Origin: Myxococcota bacterium
GTDB lineage: Bacteria; Myxococcota_A; UBA9160; PR03
Direction: 5' to 3'
Length of the DNA stretch: 62,909 bases
Assembly: GCA_041611735.1 (NCBI GenBank)
Contig: JBFIML010000025.1
Location: 1 to 62,909, forward strand
In this document: positions 27,219 through 36,932 of the stretch, in pieces
Layout of the letters: each line of letters opens with the position of its first letter
Numbering within the stretch: position 1 is the first letter of the stretch
The notes under the pieces: model-generated
Seen by the model: only the letters and a program-made list of their open reading frames with translations
Databases searched by the model: none
What the model was told of the DNA's origin: nothing
Position numbers and translations under genes: made by a program

Positions 27219-29060
27219 ATGACCGGCTCGCCCGAGGCCGAGATCCTCCTCGTCCGTGCCGTGGAGGAGACCCGTCCGGAGGCCATCCCGCCCGACGCGC
27301 TGATCGATGCGGCGGCCGCCGCTGGCGAGCTGGAGGACGAAGGCGCCTGGCTCGGGCGACGCGCCGCGCACCTGCTGGAGCACGTCCTCGCGGACCATCG
27401 CCCGTTGCTCGCGCTCCGGGACGCGCTTGCGCCGTCCACCGGGCTCGTGCTGGCGGCGACGCTCCCACTCGGCCTGCTCTCCAACTACCTGGGCCCGCGC
27501 GAGCAGATCCACGTGCTCTACAACCCGATCGCGGCCCTCGTGCTCTGGAACCTGGTCGTGTACGCGCTCGGGGCCGGGCGAGGCCTGCTGCGCGGGCGGC
27601 TCCCGAGCCGGCCGAGCGGGTCCGGAGCGAAGCCGCGAGGCCGCGCGCCCGCGGTACGACCGGGCTCCGCAGCCCGGCGTCCGGGGCCCGTGGCGCGCCT
27701 GCTCCTGCGCCGGCTGGTACCCGCGCTCTGGCTGCGCATGCGGCACGCGGCGGGCGAGGCCCGCGAGCGGAGTGCGGACCTGGCCCGGGTGGGACGCGTC
27801 TTCTGGTCGCACTGGGTGGAGGTGGCGGGCCCCCTGCACGCCCTGCGCGTGCGCCGCACGCTCCATGTGGCGGCCGTGGGCCTCGCCCTCGGCGCCGTCC
27901 TCGGCACCTTCGTGCGCGGACTCTTCTTCGCCTACCACATGGTGTGGCGCAGCACGTTCGTCCAGGACCCGGATACGGTCGCCAGCGTGCTGCGCGCGTT
28001 GCTGGGCCCGGCCGCGGCACTGCTCGGCTGGCCGCTCCCGGATGCCGCGATGGCCCGGCGACTGATGAGTCCGCAGGGCGTCGGCGCCGCCGACTGGATC
28101 TGGCTTTGGGCCGTGAGTGCCGGGCTCTTCGTGGTGGTGCCCCGCGCGGCCCTGGCCCTGCGCGCGGCTTGGAGGGAGCGGCGCATGGCTACGGAGCTGC
28201 ATCTCGACCTGCAGGAGCCCTACTACCAGCGCGTGGTCGAGGGCGCCCGGACCCTCCAGGTGGAGCGGGTCGCGGAGACGATCCGCACCGACGTGCGCAT
28301 CGAGACCGGGAAGTTCTCCGAGGCCCTGGCCCTGTACGTGAGCACGAAGCTCTACGACGAGCGCATCGTCCCGAAGTTGCGGCGCTTTCGGGAGACCGGC
28401 GGCCGCCTGGACGCCCTCGAGGCGGAGGTCCGCCGCGAGTGCGAGGCGTTCCAGGACGACCTGGCGGGCTACGTCCCGGTGGCGCAGCGCGACTTCGAGC
28501 GCTCCCTGGCGCGGGCCATCGAGCGCACCCTCGGTGTGCACCTGCCCGTGGACTCCGCCGCCGAGCGCGGACTGGCGAGCCGCGCCCGCGAGTTTGCGGA
28601 GGGCTCGACGCGGGCCGCGGCCGGACCCCTGGAGCGGGAGCTCGCCACGACCGTGGGCGCCGCCGTGACGGCGGCGGTGGCCACCGCGACGGGCACCGTG
28701 AGTGGGGGCTTCGGCCACAGCCTCGGTACGGCGGTGCTCGTGGGCCTGCTCCACACCACGGGACCGGTGGCGTTCCTGCTGGGGGCCCTGGGCGGGCTGC
28801 TGCTGGCTGCGGCGGCCTGGTGGCTCGGCCGGGAGCGACTGGCGGGAAGCCTGCGCCAGGTGGCGCTGCCGGCCTGGCTGGTGCGTCTCACGCTGCGCGC
28901 GGGGCGCCTGGCCCGGCTCCTGGACGAGGGGCGCGAGCGTTGCCGCGCCCGGGTGCGGGAGCTCATGGAGGCCGAGCTCGAGCCGCTCACGCCGGCCATG
29001 GCGGAGCGGATCTGGAACCAGGTGAGGCCGATCCTGGCGGAGAAGCAGCTGCGCCCCTGA
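27219..29060 (+). CDS. DUF2868-like membrane protein with a long helical C-terminal extension
   Basis: E.LLVRAVEE start, TM helices, RGLFFAY..VWRSTF and WIWLWA....VVVPR pattern. Confidence 0.7.
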   Translation: MTGSPEAEILLVRAVEETRPEAIPPDALIDAAAAAGELEDEGAWLGRRAAHLLEHVLADHRPLLALRDALAPSTGLVLAATLPLGLLSNYLGPREQIHVLYNPIAALVLWNLVVYALGAGRGLLRGRLPSRPSGSGAKPRGRAPAVRPGSAARRPGPVARLLLRRLVPALWLRMRHAAGEARERSADLARVGRVFWSHWVEVAGPLHALRVRRTLHVAAVGLALGAVLGTFVRGLFFAYHMVWRSTFVQDPDTVASVLRALLGPAAALLGWPLPDAAMARRLMSPQGVGAADWIWLWAVSAGLFVVVPRAALALRAAWRERRMATELHLDLQEPYYQRVVEGARTLQVERVAETIRTDVRIETGKFSEALALYVSTKLYDERIVPKLRRFRETGGRLDALEAEVRRECEAFQDDLAGYVPVAQRDFERSLARAIERTLGVHLPVDSAAERGLASRAREFAEGSTRAAAGPLERELATTVGAAVTAAVATATGTVSGGFGHSLGTAVLVGLLHTTGPVAFLLGALGGLLLAAAAWWLGRERLAGSLRQVALPAWLVRLTLRAGRLARLLDEGRERCRARVRELMEAELEPLTPAMAERIWNQVRPILAEKQLRP

Positions 29061-29072
29061 GACCCGCTGGGT

Positions 29073-29690
29073 TCAGGCGGTAGGGCGGGCGACGCCCCGG
29101 AACATGTCCCGTGCCACGAAGGGTCCGCGCTCGTACACGAAGCGTTCGAGGGTCTCGAACGCAAAGCCTGCGTCCCGAACCAGGCGGTCGATGGGCCGGT
29201 CCAGGTGGCAGCCACCGGCGATGCGGGTGTGCAGCGGGTCGAGCCGTCGCTGCCAGCGTGCCACGCACGGGTCGAGGGCCAGGCCGTGCTCGATGAAGAG
29301 GTACAGGCCCTCGGGCCGCAGCACGCGACGCATCTCGGCCAGGGCCGGGCCGGGCGCGTCGATGGAGCAGAGCGTCCACGAGGTGACGACGCAGTCGAAG
29401 CGCCCCGCCACGAAGGGCAGCCGCCCACCGGCGGCGAGGGTCTCCTCCTTGACCGGGAACGGGGCGTTGGCCACGCGGCGCTCGACCCGGGACCGGAGCG
29501 CGCGCAGGGGATCGAGCGCCACCAGCGAGCGAACGGCGGCCGGGTAGTAGCGCAGGTTGAGTCCCGTCCCGAATCCCACCTCGAGGACGTCGCCCTGGGC
29601 ACAGGCCAGGGTGGCCGCACGCAGCTCGTTCACGCCGCGCATGGCGCGGTCCATGAGACGCGGGAAGAGGTGGTCCCGGTAGAGGCCCAT
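29073..29690 (-). CDS. Class I SAM-dependent methyltransferase
   Basis: VLEVGFGTGLN, FDCVVTSWTLCS, RVLRPEG..LFIEHG and GGCHLDR motifs. Confidence 0.93.
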   Translation of the reverse strand: MGLYRDHLFPRLMDRAMRGVNELRAATLACAQGDVLEVGFGTGLNLRYYPAAVRSLVALDPLRALRSRVERRVANAPFPVKEETLAAGGRLPFVAGRFDCVVTSWTLCSIDAPGPALAEMRRVLRPEGLYLFIEHGLALDPCVARWQRRLDPLHTRIAGGCHLDRPIDRLVRDAGFAFETLERFVYERGPFVARDMFRGVARPTA

Positions 29691-29758
29691 GGGCGACGCG
29701 GCCAGGGTAGACGAGATCTCCACGCGCGCCCTGTCCTACCGTGTGAGGGGGAGGGAGC

Positions 29759-30286
29759 GTGTCGCGCGCGCAGCTCGTGGTGGCGTGCACCTGGGATGGC
29801 GTGCCCGTGGGTCCGGACGAGCACGCCACCCTGGAGCTGCAGCTCGAAGGGGAGGAGCTGCGGGTCCGGGTCGAGGCGCCCTTCCACGGCGATCCCGCGC
29901 CGCACGGGCCGCCCGGGCCGTGCGACGGGCTATGGGAGTACGAGGCGGTGGAGCTCTTCCTGCTGGGTGCGGACGAGCGCTATCTGGAGCTCGAGCTCGG
30001 CCCCTTCGGCCACCACCTGCTGCTCGAGCTGCACGGCGCGCGCCGCCGCGTGGCCGGACCCCTCGCCCTCGACTACGCGGCAGAGCGCCGGGGCGCGCGC
30101 TGGAGCGGGCGCGCCCGACTGCCGCGTGCACGGCTGCCTCGGGACCTGCACGCCGCCAACGCCTATGCCCTGCACGGAATCGGTGCGGAACGCCGCTACC
30201 TGGCCGCCCAGCCCGTGGGCGGCGCAGCCCCCGACTTCCATCGCCTCGAGCGCTTCGCCCCGTTGCGCTGGGAGCCCCGGGCCTAG
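29759..30286 (+). CDS. UPF0462/C4orf33-like protein (probable DOMON-like fold)
   Basis: TWDG.PV, APFHGDP, LWEYEAVELF, YLELELGPFGHHL, NAYALHG and PDFHRLERF occur in the same order as in C4orf33 (recalled sequence). Confidence 0.72.
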   Translation: MSRAQLVVACTWDGVPVGPDEHATLELQLEGEELRVRVEAPFHGDPAPHGPPGPCDGLWEYEAVELFLLGADERYLELELGPFGHHLLLELHGARRRVAGPLALDYAAERRGARWSGRARLPRARLPRDLHAANAYALHGIGAERRYLAAQPVGGAAPDFHRLERFAPLRWEPRA

Positions 30287-31557
30287 GACGGTCGAGCGGC
30301 CGCCCGGACCCGATCGCCCCAGGGCCGCAGCACCTGCTCCGGGCGCAGGGCGGGGGTGGCGGGCCAGGGGTCCGACCCGGCGTCGGTGCAGGCTGCGAAG
30401 CCCAGGCTCTGGGCCCGGCTCAGCCCGCCGTGGGTGCCGAGCTGACCGCCCAGCAGCCGGGCGCCCGCGTGGGTGAGCGCCGGCCCGTAGGTGCAATCGT
30501 CGCCCATGGAGAACAGCACCGGCGCGGGCTTCTCCACCAGATCCTCGAGGCCGTGGCGCACCCGGGCCAGGGCGTCCGGGTAGGCGTGGCTCCAGGTGGC
30601 GGCGAAGAGATGCTCATCCTCGACCCAGCCGTCCGCGAGCCGCCCGGCGCGGGCAAGCGCCTCCCAGACGGGGAGGTAGCCGAGGGGATCCCCCGTCTCG
30701 GCTTCGTAACGATACAGGCCGTCTCGCCAGCGCAGGCGGGCGCGGGTCATGGGCCCGCGCTGCCCGAAGGCCAGGGCTCCGCCGGGGCTGCGGCCGAAGG
30801 CCACGTCCACGCCCGGTGCGCTGGCCACCGCCTCCGCCACCTGGGCGGCCCGCTCGGGGTGCGCGTAGACCACTCCGCCTCCCACGTCTCCGTAGGGCAC
30901 CAGGGCCACCCCGTCGGGGCCCATAGCCCCGGGCCGGAAGCCGGCGGCCTCGAGGCGCGTCTCGAGCTCCTTCGCCGCCAGGTGCCCGAGGGTCCCGAAG
31001 GCCATGCCGTGGTCGCTGCACAGCACGACCTCGGGCAGCGTTCCAATGCGGCGCGCCTGCTCCTCGCGCAGCGTGCGAAGCTGCGCGCACACGTCCCGGA
31101 AGGCGCGGGCGAGCCCCGGCCGGCCGCTGAAGTGCCCCACCCCGTCGGTGGCCGCCAGGTAGCCGAGCCAGGGACCGCCCTCGCGGCGGAAGCGGTGGGT
31201 GATCCAGCGGATCTGGCCCTGGGCCAGGAGGCCGCGCAGGAAGTACACGCCCAGGTGGCCGAGCAGGCCGTGGGGCCGCGCGCGGAAGTGCGCCATGGGC
31301 CCCTCGCTCTCGGGGTCCGAGAAGCCACCCCGGATGCGCCCATCGGTAGGATCGTACCAGCGTGCTTCGTAGCCCGGCGGACGCTCGTCGAAGACACCGC
31401 GCAGCAGCGAGGCCACCGCCACGTGGGTGAGCGACGGGAACACCGAGACCACCGGTCGCGGCTCCCGGAAGCCCGGCATGCCTCCCTCGGCCCACACCTC
31501 GCGCGCCAGGTCCCAGGGGATGGCGTCCACCAGCAGGAAGAGGATCGGGGCAGTCAC
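30283..31557 (-). CDS. Alkaline phosphatase superfamily protein (NPP/phosphodiesterase-like)
   Basis: LLVDAIP, SVFPSLT, TDGVGH, SDHGM and THGGL metal/nucleophile motifs. Confidence 0.85.
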   Translation of the reverse strand: MTAPILFLLVDAIPWDLAREVWAEGGMPGFREPRPVVSVFPSLTHVAVASLLRGVFDERPPGYEARWYDPTDGRIRGGFSDPESEGPMAHFRARPHGLLGHLGVYFLRGLLAQGQIRWITHRFRREGGPWLGYLAATDGVGHFSGRPGLARAFRDVCAQLRTLREEQARRIGTLPEVVLCSDHGMAFGTLGHLAAKELETRLEAAGFRPGAMGPDGVALVPYGDVGGGVVYAHPERAAQVAEAVASAPGVDVAFGRSPGGALAFGQRGPMTRARLRWRDGLYRYEAETGDPLGYLPVWEALARAGRLADGWVEDEHLFAATWSHAYPDALARVRHGLEDLVEKPAPVLFSMGDDCTYGPALTHAGARLLGGQLGTHGGLSRAQSLGFAACTDAGSDPWPATPALRPEQVLRPWGDRVRAAARPS

Positions 31558-31575
31558 CGGGAGCGAAGGCTCGCG

Positions 31576-32325
31576 TCAGCCGGACAGGCGTACGCGCACG
31601 CGGAGTGGGTGGTGGTCCGAGAACGGCCGAGGACGCACGCGCACGACCTCGGCGATCACGGGCTCGAGACGCACACGCGTCCCGTCGCGCAGGTAGACGC
31701 GGTCGAACCGCTCCTCGGTGCGGAACGAGCGGACGTAGGGGTTGGCGGAGTGCCAGGTGGGCTCCAGGCAGCCCACTGCGGCGGCCGCGTCCACGAGACC
31801 AGCCTCCTGCAGGCGCTCGACGCTGCGGTGGTCCTCGTCGACGTCCCCGTGCAGGTTGAAGTCTCCCATCAGGACGCTCGGCCCGCGCTCCCGCCCCAGG
31901 CGCTCGAGCAGCTCGTCCACCTGCCGGGCCCGCACCGCCGCGTGGCGGCGCCCGGTCTGCAAATGGGTCACGAACACGGAGAGCAGCGTGTCGCGCGTGG
32001 CCTCCACCGCCGCGTGCAGCATGCCCTTGCGCTTGACGCGGTCGAACCCGGCGTGGTGGCGGAAGGGGAGCACCCCGAGGGATCCGCGCAGGCGCAGGCG
32101 CGCGGCCACCGCGAGCCCCGAATCCCGGGGCGAGTGGGGCAGCCGCAGGGGCGCCCCGCGCAGCGTCCACCGCCAGGGCCACCATAGCTCCTGGATCCCC
32201 ACCACGTGGTAGGCCGTGGCCTCCACATGGGCGAGGAAGCGACGCTTGCGCGCCCGGCGTTCCCGCGCCACGGGCCAGGGCAGGCCCCACAGGTTGACGG
32301 TGGCCAGGTCCAGCTCGACGCCCAT
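31576..32325 (-). CDS. Endonuclease/exonuclease/phosphatase (EEP) family protein, sphingomyelinase-like
   Basis: TVNLWGLP, IQELW, SGL, THLQ, GDFN, RFDRVY and SDHHPL motifs. Confidence 0.88.
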   Translation of the reverse strand: MGVELDLATVNLWGLPWPVARERRARKRRFLAHVEATAYHVVGIQELWWPWRWTLRGAPLRLPHSPRDSGLAVAARLRLRGSLGVLPFRHHAGFDRVKRKGMLHAAVEATRDTLLSVFVTHLQTGRRHAAVRARQVDELLERLGRERGPSVLMGDFNLHGDVDEDHRSVERLQEAGLVDAAAAVGCLEPTWHSANPYVRSFRTEERFDRVYLRDGTRVRLEPVIAEVVRVRPRPFSDHHPLRVRVRLSG

Positions 32326-32348
32326 GGCGGCAGGATAGCCGACCCGCC

Positions 32349-32792
32349 TCAGGCCCTGGGCGGATGCAGCTCCTCCGGCGGCACCCGCTTCACGCACTGC
32401 GCGAAGGTCCAATGGTGGCCCTCGCAATCGCGCGCCGAGTAGATCCGATCGCCCCAGAACATGTCCTGCAGCTCCTGGGTCACCCGGGCCCCGGCCGCGC
32501 GTGCACGCCGGCAGTGGGCGTCCACGTCGTCCACGTAGACGTAGAGGCTCTGGTTGACCCCGGGCAGGTCACGCGGACTCCGTGTCTCCTGCTCGTCGCT
32601 GGCGGGCCCCATCATGACCACGCCGTCCGCCAGCGTCGCTTCGGCGTGCATGACCTTGCCTTCCGGTCCCGGGACCGTCATGCGCGTGCGGAAGCCGAAC
32701 GCCTTGTGGAGCCACTCCAGCGCGGCAGGGATGTCACGGTAGAAGAGGTAGGGCGAGACGCGCGGCATTCCTTCGGGGGGGTTCTTGGGCAT
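32349..32792 (-). CDS. VOC/glyoxalase (PhnB-like) protein
   Basis: SPYLFYRD..AALEWL..AFG, HAE, YVDDVDAH and DMFWGDR.Y...D.EGH.W motifs. Confidence 0.92.
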   Translation of the reverse strand: MPKNPPEGMPRVSPYLFYRDIPAALEWLHKAFGFRTRMTVPGPEGKVMHAEATLADGVVMMGPASDEQETRSPRDLPGVNQSLYVYVDDVDAHCRRARAAGARVTQELQDMFWGDRIYSARDCEGHHWTFAQCVKRVPPEELHPPRA

Positions 32793-32873
32793 GGGAGATA
32801 CCTCCGGGCGCTTGGGTGCCCCACGCAATCCTATCAGGCTCGGGCCCCGTCTGGGCAGTATCGTTGCGTAGAC

Positions 32874-34247
32874 GTGCAGCCGCTCCGCAGCGAGATCCGC
32901 GCTCTCAGCAACCTGGCCCTTCCGGTGGCCGCGACCCAGGTGAGCACCATGCTGCTCGGCCTGGTGGACACCGCCATGGTGGGACGCGTCTCCGTCGAGG
33001 CCATCGGCGCCGCCTCCCTCGCCAACGTGTGGATCTTCGGAACGCTGCTCTTCGCCCAGGGGGTGATCCTGGGCGTGGACCCGATCGTGGCCCAGGCGCA
33101 CGGCGCCCGGGATCCCGTGCGCGTGGCCCGGGCGCTGCAGCGCGGCCTGGTGCTGGCGCTCCTGCTGAGCGTCCCGACGGCGCTGCTGTGGACTGGCACG
33201 GAAGTCTTCCTGCGGCTCATGGGTCAGGAGCCGGAGCTCGCCGCGGCCGCCCACCGCTACACGGCGATCCAGATCCCGAGCATCCCGTTCTTCCTGGCCT
33301 TCGGCGCGGTGCGCCAGTACCTGCAGGGACGCGGAATCGTGCGCCCGGCGCTGTGGGTGATCCTGGTTGCCAACGTCTTCAACGCCGCCTGCAACTGGGT
33401 GCTCATCTTCGGCAAGCTCGGGCTGCCCGCCCTGGGCCTCGAAGGCGCCGGCATCGCCACCGGCCTGACGCGCGTCGTCATGCTGCTCGGCCTGGCTGGG
33501 GCGGTGCGTTCCTTCGCCCTGCACCAGGGCGCCTGGGTGCCCTGGAGCCGCGCCGCCCTGGACCGGCAAGGTCTCGGACAGGTGGTGGCGCTGGGCCTGC
33601 CGGTGGCGGTCCAGGTCTCCCTCGAGGTGTGGGCGTTCTCGGGGGCGGCGCTGCTGGCCGGCTGGCTCGGCGCCGTCCCGCTGGCCGCCCACACGGTCGC
33701 GCTCAACATGGCGGCCTTCGCCTTCATGGTGCCGCTCGGCATCTCCCAGGGCGCCGTGACGCGCGTCGGCAACCTGATCGGCGAAGGCCGGCCGCGCGAG
33801 GCACAGCGGGCCGCGTGGGTGGCCCTGGCCATGGGCGCGGGTGTGATGACGCTCTCGGCCACGGCCTTCGTGGGCCTGCGCCAGTGGCTGCCGCGCATCT
33901 ACACCGCCGACCCCCAGGTGGTGGCGCTGTGCGCCACGATCCTGCCCATCGCCGCCGCCTTCCAGGTGTTCGACGGCACCCAGGCGGTGGGCTGCGGCAT
34001 CCTGCGCGGCATGGGCCGTCCGCGTCCCGCCGCGGTCTTCAACCTGCTGGGCTACTGGGTGCTCGGACTCCCGCTCGGAGGTTGGCTGGCCTTCCGTCTC
34101 GGTCTCGGCCTGGCCGGGATCTGGTGGGGGCTCGCCCTCGGACTGGCCCTGGTGGCGATGGCCCTGGTGGCCTGGGTGCGCTGGCGCGGACCCGCCTGGG
34201 CCCCGGCCCTCGCCTGGGGTCCGGTGGCCGGGCAGGGCGGAGCCTAG
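32874..34247 (+). CDS. MATE family efflux transporter (NorM-like)
   Basis: LALP..., VDTAMVGR, LIFGKLGLPALG..GAG.AT and FQVFDG.Q....GILRG motifs; many TM helices. Confidence 0.93.
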   Translation: MQPLRSEIRALSNLALPVAATQVSTMLLGLVDTAMVGRVSVEAIGAASLANVWIFGTLLFAQGVILGVDPIVAQAHGARDPVRVARALQRGLVLALLLSVPTALLWTGTEVFLRLMGQEPELAAAAHRYTAIQIPSIPFFLAFGAVRQYLQGRGIVRPALWVILVANVFNAACNWVLIFGKLGLPALGLEGAGIATGLTRVVMLLGLAGAVRSFALHQGAWVPWSRAALDRQGLGQVVALGLPVAVQVSLEVWAFSGAALLAGWLGAVPLAAHTVALNMAAFAFMVPLGISQGAVTRVGNLIGEGRPREAQRAAWVALAMGAGVMTLSATAFVGLRQWLPRIYTADPQVVALCATILPIAAAFQVFDGTQAVGCGILRGMGRPRPAAVFNLLGYWVLGLPLGGWLAFRLGLGLAGIWWGLALGLALVAMALVAWVRWRGPAWAPALAWGPVAGQGGA

Positions 34248-34762
34248 GAACCGACGGCGCGCGACGACTCGAAGAGCGCCCGGACGAGCTTCACCAGCTC
34301 GCCGCTGGCCACCAGGCCCGGCAGCGCGTGCTCGTCGTCCACCTCCACGAGCCGTACCAGCCCGGGCGTCCCGCTCCGCGACAGCTCCCGGCTCTGCTCC
34401 GGGTCGACGATCGTGTCGCGCAGGCCGTGCACCAACCAGACCGGGACGTGCTCGGGGAGGCGGGCCGGCAGCCCGTAGTGGAGCGCCGCCTGGGCCAGCA
34501 GCAGCGTGGGTCCGCGCCACAGCACGCGCTGGAGCAGCGCCACCGCCACCGCGCCTCCGAAAGACGAGCCCACCAGCACGTCGGGCCGGAAGCGGCGCAG
34601 CGCCTCGGCCTGGGTCGTCACGCAGGCTTCGAAGTCGCCGGTGTCCATGGACGGGGTCGTCGCCTCGAAGCTCCGGGCGAAGAGCCGCGCCTTGCTGCCC
34701 TGGGGGCTGCTCTCCAGGCCATGCACGAACTGGACGCGCGGCTGCTGCGCCGCCGGCTTCAC
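34244..34762 (-). CDS. YqiA/YcfP-like alpha/beta hydrolase
   Basis: HGLESSP, GSSFGG nucleophile, HG..D.IV and DEH motifs. Confidence 0.85.
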   Translation of the reverse strand: MKPAAQQPRVQFVHGLESSPQGSKARLFARSFEATTPSMDTGDFEACVTTQAEALRRFRPDVLVGSSFGGAVAVALLQRVLWRGPTLLLAQAALHYGLPARLPEHVPVWLVHGLRDTIVDPEQSRELSRSGTPGLVRLVEVDDEHALPGLVASGELVKLVRALFESSRAVGS

Positions 34763-35673
34763 CCGACGCCTTCCCAGTAGGTGTCGACGCGGGCCTGGAT
34801 CTCGGCGAGGAGCGGCTCGTTGCGCTGCGGCTCGAAGAGGTGCGCGAAGCGTCCCTGTCGCTTCAGGTACTCCCCCACCGGGAGCCGCGGTCGGCGCACG
34901 CGCGTATGCACGACCCGTCCGTCCACGTATTCCTTGAGCGGCCAGATGCCGGTGCGCACGGCGAGGCGCCCGATCTCCACCATCTCCTTCGGCTCGAAGT
35001 CCCAGCCCGTGGGGCAGGGAGCCAGGGAGAGGATCAGGCGCGGACCGCGCAGGCCGAGGGCCTTCTCCACCTTGCGGGCCAGGTCGACGGGCTCCGCACC
35101 GATCACGGTGGCGACGTAGGTCGGGCGGTGCGCCACCCAGATGCCGAAAAGGTCCTTCTTCCAGCCCAGGTGCCCGAGCCGACCGGTGCTGGTGGCGGTG
35201 CGTGCGCCGTGGGGCGTGGCGCCCGAGAACTGCTGACCGGTGTTGCCGTAGCCTTCGTTGTCGTAGCAGACGTACAGGAAGTCGAGGTCACGCTCGATGG
35301 CCGCCGAGGTGGCCGAGAGGCCCATCCCGTAGGCTGCACCGTCCCCGGTGAGCGTGACGACGCGCAGATCCTCCTCGGCCGGCATGCGGCCCTTTGCGAT
35401 CAGGACATCGAGGGCGTCGCGCACGCCCTGGGCGCCGGCCGGCGCCGAGGCCATGGCGGTGTAGAGCCAGGAGCCCCGGAAGGGCGTGAAGGGGTAGATC
35501 GAAAGCAGCGTCATGCAGCCCGCCGCGTTCACGAAGACCGTCTTCTCGCCAAGCACGTCGTAGATGGTCTGGAGCGCCTGGAGCCCGCCACAGCCGGCGC
35601 ACATGGCGGTGCCGCCGCCCAGCAGATGGGTGGAAGGCAGGTCCTGCAGGCGCTGGAAGGCGGTCTCGCTCAC
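34759..35673 (-). CDS. porB: 2-oxoacid:ferredoxin oxidoreductase beta subunit
   Basis: CAGCG, AAGC, GDG...YDNEGYGNTG.Q.S..TP and APCPTGW motifs. Confidence 0.92.
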   Translation of the reverse strand: MSETAFQRLQDLPSTHLLGGGTAMCAGCGGLQALQTIYDVLGEKTVFVNAAGCMTLLSIYPFTPFRGSWLYTAMASAPAGAQGVRDALDVLIAKGRMPAEEDLRVVTLTGDGAAYGMGLSATSAAIERDLDFLYVCYDNEGYGNTGQQFSGATPHGARTATSTGRLGHLGWKKDLFGIWVAHRPTYVATVIGAEPVDLARKVEKALGLRGPRLILSLAPCPTGWDFEPKEMVEIGRLAVRTGIWPLKEYVDGRVVHTRVRRPRLPVGEYLKRQGRFAHLFEPQRNEPLLAEIQARVDTYWEGVG

Positions 35674-36932
35674 GACTCGCCTCCCCGCCGGGCAGGCGGC
35701 GCCTCCTGGCGCTCGGCCACGGCGATCCCCTGCAGCTTGCGCACCTCGCGCAGCTCCTCACTCGTATAGAGCAGGCGCGGCTCGGGCGCCCGTCCCGTCT
35801 CCACCGCGCGGCGCGTCACCTCGGCCATCTCGAAGAACTCCTCGTCGGGAATGTCGCGACCGCCGAGGCCTCCGACGAAGCTCACCAGCACCGGCGGCGC
35901 ATCCGGCTGCCCGTAGAGCGCGGCGGCCAGCTCCGCGTGCAGGACGCCTCCTTGCCCCATGGAGAGGTTCTGGTCGATGACCGCCACGCCCCGCTTCCCG
36001 GCCAGCAGCCGCCGCAGCGCCTCCACGGGCAGGGGGCGCAGCAGGCGCGGGCGCAGCAGCCCCACCTTCCGGCCCGCCTCGCGCAGGCGGTCCACCGCCG
36101 CGCGCGCCTTGGTGGCGAAGGAGCCCAGCATGACGAAGACGACCTCCGCGTCCTCGCTGCGGTGAGCCTCGACGGCCGCGTGCTCGCGGCCCAGCGTGCC
36201 CGCGAACTCGCCGGCCACCTCGTCCCAGACGGCGAGTGCGTTGCGCGAGGCCCGGTGCATCTCGTAGCGGAAGTAGGAGTATGGACCACCGCCCAGCACG
36301 GCCACCGCCTGGCTCACGGGCGCACTCGCCCGGAAGCGGATGCGGCCCGGGTCGAAGGCCGGCAGGAAGCGGTCGACGGCCTCGGCGTCGGGAACGACCA
36401 CCGGTTCGCGAGTGAAAGATAGATGGAAGCCGTCCAGGTTCACGATCGCCGGCAGGCGCACCCGCGGATCCTCGGCAACCCGGCAGGCCAGCAGCACGCT
36501 GTCGAGCACTTCCTGGCAGGTGGCGCAGTGCACCTGCAGGAAGCCACAGTCGCGCGCTGCGAGCACGTCCTGGTGGTCGGGCTCCAGGGTGATGGGGGCA
36601 GCGAGGCCTCGGGACACGTTCACCAACACGAAGGGAGCCCGCCAGCCGGCCACGGTGTAGAGCATCTCCATGGCGTACAGGAGCCCCTGGCTCGACGTGG
36701 CCGTGAAGACGCGTACGCCCGTGGCGGCAGCGGCTCCGGCGGCGGTGAGCATGGAGTGCTCCGACTCGAGCGTGACTGTGCGCGCGTCGAGCTCTCCGTC
36801 CTCGATCCAGCGGCCCAGGGTCTCGATGATCTCGGTCTGGGGCGTGATGGGGAAGGCCGGCACATAGTCGACGCGCGCCAGGCGCGCTCCCCAGGCCGCC
36901 GCCCCGTTCCCGGTCAGGAGCGTGCGCGTCAC
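35670..36932 (-). CDS. porA: 2-oxoacid:ferredoxin oxidoreductase alpha subunit
   Basis: LTGNGAAA, FPITPQT, ESEHS, TATSSQGL, DGFHLS and GLGGRDI motifs. Confidence 0.92.
   Translation of the reverse strand: MTRTLLTGNGAAAWGARLARVDYVPAFPITPQTEIIETLGRWIEDGELDARTVTLESEHSMLTAAGAAAATGVRVFTATSSQGLLYAMEMLYTVAGWRAPFVLVNVSRGLAAPITLEPDHQDVLAARDCGFLQVHCATCQEVLDSVLLACRVAEDPRVRLPAIVNLDGFHLSFTREPVVVPDAEAVDRFLPAFDPGRIRFRASAPVSQAVAVLGGGPYSYFRYEMHRASRNALAVWDEVAGEFAGTLGREHAAVEAHRSEDAEVVFVMLGSFATKARAAVDRLREAGRKVGLLRPRLLRPLPVEALRRLLAGKRGVAVIDQNLSMGQGGVLHAELAAALYGQPDAPPVLVSFVGGLGGRDIPDEEFFEMAEVTRRAVETGRAPEPRLLYTSEELREVRKLQGIAVAERQEAPPARRGGES

Noticed and set aside
29056..29077. Hairpin CCTGAGACCC/GGGTTCAGG resembling the MITE IR
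   Set aside because: Short, imperfect and lacking CTAG flanks. More simply a hairpin between convergent genes.
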